Source of the DNA: a virus
Lineage: Duplodnaviria; Heunggongvirae; Uroviricota; Caudoviricetes
Reading direction: 5' to 3' (one strand)
IMG/VR virus record: IMGVR_UViG_2563366942_000013
DNA length: 10,458 bases
Shown here: positions 1 through 6,940 of the stretch, piece after piece
Numbering within the stretch: position 1 is the first letter of the stretch
How the letters are laid out: each line of letters begins with the position of its first letter
Made by a program: the position numbers and the translations under genes
The notes under the pieces: model-generated
Seen by the model: only the letters and a program-made list of their open reading frames with translations
What the model was told of the DNA's origin: nothing
Databases searched by the model: none

Positions 1-1284
1 TTAAAGACTTCTGGAAGGTTGCGCAGCTCTGACAACACGAAGTTGATCTTCCGCAGCGTCTTCCAGCGCACTTAAATCACGGTCTTTCACTTCTGGCATT
101 TTCAGCGCAGAGATTAAACCAATCACTGAATATGCCATGATCATAATGGCGATCGGATACCAGGATTCCGTCATGGTGCAGAAAATACCCGCCAGGATAG
201 GACCAAAACCGGAAGCGATAAGACCACCAATTTCTTTAGAAATAGCCATCCGGGTAAAGCGGTTTTTACAGCCGAACATTTCTGCCATGGTAATGTTTTC
301 CAGAGCAAATAATCCCAGCACCGCACAGTTATGAATCACAATCAGTGCAACCATAATGGTGCTCGGGGCATAGCTTTTATCTACGATGATAGAAAGCATT
401 GGCCACGCCAGCACAATCGCAGAGGTATTCATAATAATATACGGGATCCGGCGACCTATTTTATCGGATAACCAACCAAGGAACGGAATGGTCATAAAGC
501 CGAGAATCGAACTGATCATCAATGCATCTGTTGGAATTGCTTTGTTAAACAATAACGTCTGCACTAAATAGCCTGCAAGGAAAGTCTGAATTAAACCGGA
601 GTTACCAGCCTGACCAAAACGCAGCCCTGTTGCCAGCCAGAAGGATTTGCTCTGGAACATGCTACCAGCAGGTGCAGGTTTTGCTGTCGGTTGGTTGCTG
701 TCGTTAACCTTCTCAAAGACCGGGCTTTCTTTCAGATTCATACGCAACCAGATAGCAAAGACCATCACGACAACGCTCGCCAGGAACGGTATACGCCATC
801 CCCACGCCAGCAGTTCCTCTTTACTGAGAATGAAGAACATAAAGGCCCAGATTGCCGTTGCGCTTAAGGTTCCGCAGTTAGTTCCCATAGCCACAAATGA
901 GGAGATAATTCCGCGCTTACCTTTTGGCGCATATTCCGCCAGCATCGTACCGGCACCGGAAATTTCCGCGCCTGCCCCCAGCCCCTGAATAATACGCAGC
1001 GTCACCAGCAAAATTGGCGCAAACACACCAATTTGTGCATAGGTCGGCAGCACACCAATTAAGGTGGTACAGATCCCCATCATAGTTATGGTAATAAAGA
1101 GCACTTTTTTACGCCCGATTCTGTCGCCCATTTTGCCGAAAATAAATGCTCCGACAATACGCGCCACATAACCTGCACCGTAGGTTCCCATTGCCAGAAT
1201 TAACGCCATTGCCGTTGATGATTCAGGAAAAAATATTTCATGAAACACTAACGCTGCGCCGAGCGAATATAACTGGAAATCCAT
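1..1284 (-). CDS. ydfJ: MFS (metabolite:H+ symporter-type) transporter YdfJ, probably N-terminally truncated by prophage insertion
   Basis: 427-codon ORF with MFS signature G-x3-D-R-x-G-R-K (FGKMGDRIGRKKV) and many hydrophobic helices. The ORF begins M-D-F-Q-L-Y, inside the conserved TM1 motif of ProP/KgtP-type carriers, with an in-frame TGA two codons upstream. Symbol from recalled K-12 gene order ydfJ-ydfK-pinQ. Confidence 0.8.
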   Translation of the reverse strand: MDFQLYSLGAALVFHEIFFPESSTAMALILAMGTYGAGYVARIVGAFIFGKMGDRIGRKKVLFITITMMGICTTLIGVLPTYAQIGVFAPILLVTLRIIQGLGAGAEISGAGTMLAEYAPKGKRGIISSFVAMGTNCGTLSATAIWAFMFFILSKEELLAWGWRIPFLASVVVMVFAIWLRMNLKESPVFEKVNDSNQPTAKPAPAGSMFQSKSFWLATGLRFGQAGNSGLIQTFLAGYLVQTLLFNKAIPTDALMISSILGFMTIPFLGWLSDKIGRRIPYIIMNTSAIVLAWPMLSIIVDKSYAPSTIMVALIVIHNCAVLGLFALENITMAEMFGCKNRFTRMAISKEIGGLIASGFGPILAGIFCTMTESWYPIAIMIMAYSVIGLISALKMPEVKDRDLSALEDAAEDQLRVVRAAQPSRSL

Positions 1285-1887
1285 AATTCACAGGTGTTTT
1301 TTCCCATCCTGTGGTTTCCTTGGCGTTTTCTAGGTTTTTTCAGATAGTTGCATTTTTTAAAAAGCATCCTAAGTTCGATCTCAGTGTCTATCTGGGGCCT
1401 ATTTCTGTCCCATATATGCCCCAAAAAAACTCCTCAACAGATAAGTAGTTTTTTCATGGAGTTACGCGTAAAATCATTAACGGCTGGAAATCATTCAATA
1501 CTCGCACTATCGAAAAATTTACCAGCCAACCGCAGCACGTTCTTGCATAAGGCGTGTCTGCGGTTTTTCAACTATTCAGATACATCACTCCCATCACATT
1601 CATTCCTCCGCATCAAAGGCATATAGGCTATATCACCTTGATATTTTTCTTCTTCAGATAAAAACTGTTATCTATGTATACTTTTAAACCCAATCCGTGT
1701 AGAGTCTCTGCATAAGATAGTTTGCAGTTGCCACTTCAGCTTGCGCCATAAACCGCCTGATTTTTGCCGCCATCTGTTAGCATTCCTGTATACCTGAAAC
1801 GACAATGTTTATCTACGAACTTTAAGAACACCCAGGATAAAAATTGTCAACTATATCATATATAACACATTACTAATTCGAGGCTAT

Positions 1888-2001
1888 ATGAACAGCATAC
1901 TGATAATCACTTCGCTCCTTATCATATTCAGCATTTTTAGTCATGCTCTAATAAAATTAGGGATTGGCATATCCAATAACCCAGACAAAACCGATGTATA
2001 A
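1888..2001 (+). CDS. Possible small hydrophobic protein (37 aa, single predicted TM helix)
   Basis: ATG at 1888 preceded by GAGG about 5 nt upstream; translation [37 protein letters not shown], stop TAA 1999-2001. Not in the supplied ORF track (below length cutoff). No homology check possible. Confidence 0.25.
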
Positions 2002-2069
2002 GTCAACATATCCTGAATCAGACATACAATATCGCAATGAAAATCAATAATATTTTAAGGAATATATTC

Positions 2070-2303
2070 ATGAAATCAAAAGACACCCTAAAGTGGTTCC
2101 CTGCGCAGCTTCCTGAAGTCAGAATTATCCTAGGGGATGCTGTAGTGGAAGTAGCAAAACAGGGAAGACCTATCAATACCAGAACATTGCTTGATTACAT
2201 TGAAGGAAACATAAAGAAAAAATCATGGCTGGATAACAAAGAATTATTACAAACAGCGATATCAGTTCTTAAAGACAACCAAAATTTAAATGGTAAAATG
2301 TAA
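2070..2303 (+). CDS. ydfK: Small prophage protein YdfK (cold-shock-associated, DUF-type), 77 aa
   Basis: ORF in track is 2037..2303; the internal ATG at 2070 has an AGGA Shine-Dalgarno 9 nt upstream and gives MKSKDTLKWFPAQLPEV... Position between ydfJ and pinQ matches the recalled K-12 Qin order. Confidence 0.7.
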   Translation: MKSKDTLKWFPAQLPEVRIILGDAVVEVAKQGRPINTRTLLDYIEGNIKKKSWLDNKELLQTAISVLKDNQNLNGKM

Positions 2304-2619
2304 TATAATAAACTTACTTTTTTATCATTTTTCCACTTTAACAACATTTTGCTCCACTTTTCCACGACCAAACAACTTGAAATCTGGTTAAAATAACACG
2401 CAACACTATTCTTCTTCCTTGAGTCCGCCCGGAACTCGAAAAACAAACCGAGTTAAAGCCATTTTTCACAAAATCGATTTTGGGTCTCACCAAAATTACG
2501 GGGTTGCATACGCATTCGTTTATTTTCGAACGTGTACATACAAACATGCACAAAAATAATCAAAATTATTTTCTGAGATGCATTATGATATGAACACCAA
2601 TTTCGTATAGAGTCTCACT

Positions 2620-3210
2620 ATGTCTCGAATTTTTGCTTACTGTCGGATATCAACGCTGGATCAGACCACCGAAAATCAACGCCGGGAAATCGAAAGTGCA
2701 GGTTTTAAAATCAAACCTCAGCAAATAATCGAAGAACACATTAGCGGCTCAGCAGCAACCAGTGAGCGTCCTGGTTTTAACCGGTTGCTTGCTCGCCTGA
2801 AATGTGGTGATCAATTGATTGTGACAAAACTGGATCGCCTTGGTTGTAATGCAATGGATATCAGGAAAACAGTGGAACAACTGACCGAAACAGGTATCAG
2901 AGTGCATTGCTTAGCATTGGGGGGCATTGACCTGACCAGTCCAACAGGAAAAATGATGATGCAAGTAATTTCAGCAGTCGCTGAATTTGAACGAGACCTT
3001 TTACTTGAACGCACTCATTCCGGGATAGTAAGAGCCCGGGGCGCAGGGAAACGTTTTGGTCGACCACCTGTGTTAAATGAAGAACAGAAACAGGTGGTAT
3101 TCGAACGGATTAAGTCAGGTGTAAGTATAAGTGCCATTGCCCGGGAATTCAAAACCTCGCGGCAAACCATTTTAAGAGCCAAAGCAAAACTTCAGACACC
3201 TGACATATAA
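2620..3210 (+). CDS. pinQ: Serine recombinase / DNA invertase (Pin/Gin/Hin/Cin family)
   Basis: 196 aa; N-terminal resolvase/invertase catalytic motifs (YCRISTLDQ with active-site Ser, [10 protein letters not shown]) and C-terminal helix-turn-helix ([18 protein letters not shown]). Size and context match PinQ/PinR of Qin/Rac-type prophages. Confidence 0.9.
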
Positions 3211-3307
3211 AAAATAATCTCGGTGTGAGATGCCTTACGTCTTCCAAGACCCCTTCCTTGCCGTAAATGGAAAGATACATCTAATTATAGAATTTATATG
3301 TTTTACC

Positions 3308-3427
3308 CTACGGCAGTGCTGGCCATTCAATATCCTGTGCAGTTGACGTATCAACACGGTTCAGCAACACCCGATACTTCTTCCAGGCTTCCCGCAACGA
3401 GGTTTCTTCCTCCGTTGCATATACAGC
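3308..3427 (-). pseudogene. 3-prime remnant (39 codons) of a tail fibre assembly gene (tfa)
   Basis: Minus-strand frame translates [39 protein letters not shown] then stop (3308-3310); this matches the conserved Tfa C-terminal motif ([16 protein letters not shown]...IEWP) as recalled from lambda Tfa. An in-frame TGA lies immediately upstream (3428-3430) and there is no start codon. Confidence 0.6.
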
Positions 3428-3428
3428 T

Positions 3429-3431
3429 CAC
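3429..3431. repeat. Target-site duplication (CAC), left copy
   Basis: CAC immediately outside both IS termini (3429-3431 and 4742-4744); 3-bp duplications are typical of IS3-family transposition. Confidence 0.6.
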
Positions 3432-3455
3432 TGAACCGCCCCGGGTTTCCTGGAG
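3432..3455. repeat. IS terminal inverted repeat (orfB-proximal end)
   Basis: TGAACCGCCCCGGGTTTCCTGGAG; partner at 4718-4741 in inverted orientation. Confidence 0.8.
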
Positions 3456-3473
3456 AGTATTTTATCTGTGAAC

Positions 3474-4364
3474 TCAGGCTGCCAGATCATCGTTTCCGAT
3501 GGAAGCATAATAAGCTTTTTCTGCTTCTGCCGGAGGAGTATGGCCCAGCCTTTCCAGCAATCGTCGATTGTTATACCAGTCCACCCACGTGAGTGTGGCC
3601 AGTTCCACTTCTGCACGGTTTTTCCAGCTCTTACGGTGTATTACCTCCGCTTTGTAAAGACCATTGATGCTCTCCGCCATCGCGTTGTCATACGAGTCGC
3701 CTGTACTTCCTGTTGATGCCAGTAATCCGGCTTCCTTAAGCCGCTGTGTGTAGGCCAGCGATACATACTGAGAACCTTTATCACTGTGATGGACCGTGCC
3801 GGACGGTCGACGGGCCCATAACGCCTGCTCCAGTGCATCCAGCACGAATGTCGTCTCCATGGACGATGAGACCCGCCACCCCACAATGTATCCGGCAAAC
3901 ACATCAATGATGAACGCCACATAGACGAAGCCCTGCCATGTGCTGACGTAAGTAAAATCAGCCACCCACAGCTGGTCAGGTCGTTCTGCCACGAACTGAC
4001 GGTTTACGCGGTCGCCTGCGGCAACGGCTTTCCGGCTGATGGTCGTACGGACCTTTTTACCCCGGAGAACACCGGCAAGTCCCATAACCGCCATGAGACG
4101 TGCCACAGTGCATCTGGCCACTCTGATACCTTCCCGTAACAACTGACGCCAGACTTTACGCACACCGTATACCTTGTGATTTTCATCGTATACGCGCTGT
4201 ATCTCTTTCTTCAGCCAGTCATCGCGCTGCGCACGGGCACTGCGTTTATCCGGATGATGTCGCTGTTGCTGACAGTGGTAATACGTTGACGGGGCAATAT
4301 GCAGTTCGCTGCATAGCGGTCCGACCCCGTACTGCTCACGCAGCTTATCCAGCAGTGGCATCAT
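3474..4364 (-). CDS. IS3-family transposase OrfB (DDE catalytic domain, 296 aa), normally expressed as OrfAB fusion by -1 frameshift
   Basis: DDE-type motifs (WVADFTYV..., [25 protein letters not shown]); ATG overlaps the orfA stop (ATGA) in the -1 frame. Confidence 0.9.
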   Translation of the reverse strand: MMPLLDKLREQYGVGPLCSELHIAPSTYYHCQQQRHHPDKRSARAQRDDWLKKEIQRVYDENHKVYGVRKVWRQLLREGIRVARCTVARLMAVMGLAGVLRGKKVRTTISRKAVAAGDRVNRQFVAERPDQLWVADFTYVSTWQGFVYVAFIIDVFAGYIVGWRVSSSMETTFVLDALEQALWARRPSGTVHHSDKGSQYVSLAYTQRLKEAGLLASTGSTGDSYDNAMAESINGLYKAEVIHRKSWKNRAEVELATLTWVDWYNNRRLLERLGHTPPAEAEKAYYASIGNDDLAA

Positions 4365-4372
4365 TTTTTCCA
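4361..4372 (-). other. Putative programmed -1 ribosomal frameshift window (A6 run at orfA/orfB overlap)
   Basis: Minus strand reads TGG AAA AAA TGA with orfB ATG overlapping the stop; the A-run is a plausible slippery site by analogy with other IS3-family elements. Exact heptamer not verified. Confidence 0.45.
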
Positions 4373-4687
4373 GAGGCGGTCGAACTCCGCCTTCGCAAAA
4401 TAAGCGGAAGCCTGGCGAAGGATATCGTTACTGCGGCGCAGTTCACGATTTTCACGCTCCAGCTCTTTCAGACGCTGACGTTCAGCGGTGGTGAGCCCTC
4501 CATCACCGCCCCCGGTATCCCGCTCATGCTGGCGAACCCAGACACGCAGAGTCTCCGGCGTACAGCCAATCTTTGGAGCAATGGAACAAATTGTCGCCCA
4601 TTGTGAGTCATATTCGCCCTGACTTTCCAGAACCATACGGACTGCCCGTTGACGGACTTCAGGGGAAAAACGAGTATTTTTAGTCAT
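4361..4687 (-). CDS. IS3-family transposase OrfA (DNA-binding subunit, 108 aa)
   Basis: [53 protein letters not shown]... (HTH plus leucine-zipper-like region), recalled as characteristic of IS629/IS1203 OrfA. Confidence 0.9.
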   Translation of the reverse strand: MTKNTRFSPEVRQRAVRMVLESQGEYDSQWATICSIAPKIGCTPETLRVWVRQHERDTGGGDGGLTTAERQRLKELERENRELRRSNDILRQASAYFAKAEFDRLWKK

Positions 4688-4717
4688 CCTGTTTACCTCT
4701 TTCTCAGGAAGTTTAGT

Positions 4718-4741
4718 CTCCAGGATTCCCGGGGCGGTTCA
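4718..4741. repeat. IS terminal inverted repeat (orfA-proximal end)
   Basis: CTCCAGGATTCCCGGGGCGGTTCA, reverse complement of the 3432-3455 repeat with 2 mismatches. Confidence 0.8.
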
Positions 4742-4744
4742 CAC
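4742..4744. repeat. Target-site duplication (CAC), right copy
   Basis: See left copy. Confidence 0.6.
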
Positions 4745-4750
4745 CTTTTT

Positions 4751-5044
4751 TCACCCACGATTAACCAACAGCCAGACCAGCAGACACGCCACCACCGGCA
4801 CAGCAAAATCCATCAGGCTTGCCACATCCCACGCACGCGGATCAAAACCGCCCCACCACGGCATATTCATACGCTTGCCATGCCCGAACATTTCAATCCA
4901 GCGATATTCTGCCTGGGTATGTTCACGCGCAATGAAGAACGTACAACCAGCTATCGCCCCGTAAGCCCAGTTTCCGGTAAAAAGACCAACCAGTACCTGC
5001 GCAGCCACAGCACAAAGTGCATGAAGGAAAGGTGTTATATCCAT
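4751..5044 (-). CDS. Small integral membrane protein of unknown function (97 aa)
   Basis: Perfect Shine-Dalgarno AGGAGG 4 nt upstream of ATG (reverse complement of 5049-5054); two to three hydrophobic segments (FLHALCAVAAQVLVGLF, FAVPVVACLLVWLLV). Last gene of the tight minus-strand operon; stop is 6 bp from the IS target duplication. Confidence 0.55.
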   Translation of the reverse strand: MDITPFLHALCAVAAQVLVGLFTGNWAYGAIAGCTFFIAREHTQAEYRWIEMFGHGKRMNMPWWGGFDPRAWDVASLMDFAVPVVACLLVWLLVNRG

Positions 5045-5054
5045 TACGCCTCCT

Positions 5055-5759
5055 TTATCCGATATCGCTTCGGGAAACGGATAACAACTTTAATTCTGAC
5101 TCAAGTTCATCAACTCTTTCAGTCAGCTTCTGGATATGGTGAATCAGTGGAACAACCAGACGTTCGTACATTACACCTTCGGCAACAAGGCCATTGCTGG
5201 AAATGGTTTCCGGTGCATCATCTTCGTTGGCTGGTCGCCAGTGAACAAACTGAGGGGCAATTTCTCCAACTTCCTCGGCAATCAATCCATAGAATCCCCA
5301 GTCACGCCTGTCATTTTCGCATTGCGACCTGTACCACACAGGGCGCATCCTGAAAATGAGATCGGCGTGCTCTGAATCTATCGTCTCTACTGAATGTTTA
5401 TAGCGGATAGACGATGTTGACCGCAGCACAGACGAAATTGCAGGGTCAGGATTAAGATAAAGATTTGCCGCCGCTGTAGTTGTGCCCAATCCCCATAAAT
5501 AAAACGCTTCACGGCCAGTCAGCGGGTAAAAATCTCCGCCATAACGACCACTTTCCAGATCGTTCACTTCCACTTTGTTTTTCAGCTTATTATCAACTTC
5601 AGTTTTTGTGTATCTGGTGCTGATATCCTGCTTTGCACTGGCCATATCAGTCTGAAGCGTTGATACTTTTCCGTTAATAGAGGAAATATCTTCCTTTGCT
5701 TTACTGACATCTCCCTTCAGCGTGGTGATGTCTCCCGGAATTACTGTTGATGTAGCCAT
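5055..5759 (-). CDS. Short fibre-like protein: N-terminal coiled-coil region plus C-terminal peptidase-S74-type intramolecular chaperone domain (234 aa)
   Basis: GAGG Shine-Dalgarno 7 nt upstream. C-terminal half matches the S74 chaperone-domain pattern as recalled: S-S-I-R-Y-K-H-S-V (Ser116/Lys121 spacing like S-D-x-R-L-K-x-N-I), RPVWYRSQ, GFYGLIAEEVGEIAPQFV, VPLIHHIQKLTERVDELESEL. N-terminal heptad-like repeats (DITTLKGDVSKAKEDISSINGKVSTLQTDMASAKQDIS). Confidence 0.7.
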   Translation of the reverse strand: MATSTVIPGDITTLKGDVSKAKEDISSINGKVSTLQTDMASAKQDISTRYTKTEVDNKLKNKVEVNDLESGRYGGDFYPLTGREAFYLWGLGTTTAAANLYLNPDPAISSVLRSTSSIRYKHSVETIDSEHADLIFRMRPVWYRSQCENDRRDWGFYGLIAEEVGEIAPQFVHWRPANEDDAPETISSNGLVAEGVMYERLVVPLIHHIQKLTERVDELESELKLLSVSRSDIG

Positions 5760-5768
5760 TTCTCTACC

Positions 5769-6050
5769 TCACATCCAGCCACGAAGTTGATGCTCAACAG
5801 CAACCGCGTATTCATCGAATAATGACGATATTTGCGTATCCTTAATAATGCGCACGTTTACAAAATATCCATCTTCCTTAACACATACCGGTTCGCCATC
5901 TTCAGTCAGCTCTCCGGTTTCTTTGTACACGTTACCTATCACATCAATCAGAATATCATCCTGCATCGACTCGTCATTATAATAGCCAATACTTCCCATA
6001 AAGGCCGAAAAGTCGGCCCTGTCGGCAAATTTGAGTGTTAAATCTTTCAT
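5769..6050 (-). CDS. Hypothetical acidic protein (93 aa); possible fibre chaperone or accessory protein
   Basis: ATG overlaps the upstream stop (TAATG) indicating translational coupling; GGGGAG about 8 nt upstream. No recognisable motif; highly acidic. Confidence 0.5.
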   Translation of the reverse strand: MKDLTLKFADRADFSAFMGSIGYYNDESMQDDILIDVIGNVYKETGELTEDGEPVCVKEDGYFVNVRIIKDTQISSLFDEYAVAVEHQLRGWM

Positions 6051-6913
6051 TAGATTGACTCCCCCATCTGAGCATCAGTCAATGCCTTGTGCCAAATACG
6101 CAGATTTCGAACGTGTCCAAATAGGTGACGGTTGCCGGATGATGATTGACCACCAATATTAATGAAGCCTCCTGTATATTTGTGTTTTTTATAAGGAGAA
6201 ACTACCTTAGCACCAATATTACCGTTAACCACAACACACAATTCTCGACTTTCTGTGAATCTAAAGCCGATAATGCTTTTTCTCTCTGGTCGTTCTATAA
6301 CGCTTTTATATTCTATTTTAGTGCCTTTACCATTTGTAATGATTGCGCGTGCTCCCAAAGATGTATACCCCAAATACATATAACTTTCATCTGCAATTTC
6401 AGTTGTATCTCCCGTAGTGGAAATATTAAGAATACGTGCGCTACCTTCTTTGTTTGGCGATTCATCCCAATTGGTATTAACTTCTGCTAATGAACTAATA
6501 GCGGGATTGCACCAATTTAGAGAAATGGGGACCGTTACAATATCGCTGGCGCGTGTTACAGGGGATGCGCCTGTTATAATAAACGATGAAGCGCATGCCC
6601 CACCTTCAACTTGAGGGGTCGCAATATAAATATAATCATCCGCGCCAGTGCCCACTCCTTTTGCCGGGGCATACTGAACCATTCCACCTATCATATTTTC
6701 TGTATCAAGTGCCTTAATTGTCGCCTCAAAAAAGATCCATTTGCTTGCTTCATCTTTAACAGCCCTTGCAGTAATGCGATTAGCGGCACCACCCGTCTTA
6801 TCAATAGATAAATCTGTCGTATTTAAGTAAGCGTCACCTAAGAATGTGTAGGTAGAACCATCATAGTTTTCAAATCGTAATCGGCATCTTAAATTTGGAG
6901 TGCCACTTTGCAC
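6050..6913 (-). CDS. LamG/concanavalin-A-like lectin-domain protein; probably the distal receptor-binding part of the side tail fibre (287 codons, GTG-initiated as drawn)
   Basis: C-terminus shows LamG-type pattern (VVVNGNIGAKVV...GGFINIGGQSSSGNRHLFGHVRNLRIWHKALTDAQM). In the same frame as stf, separated by a single TGA (6941-6943) and 9 sense codons; no ATG and only a weak RBS at the GTG. Confidence 0.6.
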   Translation of the reverse strand: MQSGTPNLRCRLRFENYDGSTYTFLGDAYLNTTDLSIDKTGGAANRITARAVKDEASKWIFFEATIKALDTENMIGGMVQYAPAKGVGTGADDYIYIATPQVEGGACASSFIITGASPVTRASDIVTVPISLNWCNPAISSLAEVNTNWDESPNKEGSARILNISTTGDTTEIADESYMYLGYTSLGARAIITNGKGTKIEYKSVIERPERKSIIGFRFTESRELCVVVNGNIGAKVVSPYKKHKYTGGFINIGGQSSSGNRHLFGHVRNLRIWHKALTDAQMGESI

Positions 6914-6940
6914 CCTGCATGATATGGTTACATACTTTTC

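Larger units (their letters stand above)
3432..4741 (-). mobile_element. Intact IS3-family insertion sequence, IS629/IS1203/IS3411-like (1310 bp)
   Basis: Imperfect 24-bp terminal inverted repeats (TGAACCGCCCCGGGTTTCCTGGAG at 3432-3455; reverse complement of 4718-4741 is TGAACCGCCCCGGGAATCCTGGAG; 22/24 identical). Ends are 5-prime TG...CA 3-prime. Contains orfA and orfB in -1 frame arrangement. Flanked by 3-bp direct repeat CAC. Confidence 0.9.

Noticed and set aside
137-988. Three plus-strand ORFs (65, 61 and 113 aa) overlapping ydfJ
   Set aside because: Antisense to a well-supported transporter gene; no independent support.
1348-1626. 92-aa plus-strand ORF in the ydfJ-ydfK intergenic region
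   Set aside because: No Shine-Dalgarno, AT-rich low-complexity translation, no recognisable motif; more likely non-coding (possibly UTR or regulatory) DNA. Not fully excluded.
2195-2553. Two minus-strand ORFs (83 and 71 aa) overlapping ydfK and the ydfK-pin intergenic region
   Set aside because: Antisense or AT-rich intergenic; no RBS and implausible composition.
3211-3307. Possible invertase crossover site (TTCCTTGCCGTAAATGGAAAG) between pinQ and the tfa remnant
   Set aside because: Shares only TTCCT and GTAAA with the gix sequence as I recall it, and lacks the two-fold symmetry expected of a crossover site.
3428-4606. Several short ORFs on both strands inside the IS element
   Set aside because: Alternative-frame or antisense artefacts within the transposase genes.
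4649-5353. 234-aa plus-strand ORF
   Set aside because: Spans the IS terminus and runs antisense through two well-supported minus-strand genes; His/Arg/Gln-rich low-complexity translation and no RBS.
5136-6811. Plus-strand ORFs (79, 69, 114, 65 and 66 aa) opposite the module genes
   Set aside because: Antisense to the coupled minus-strand operon; no start signals.
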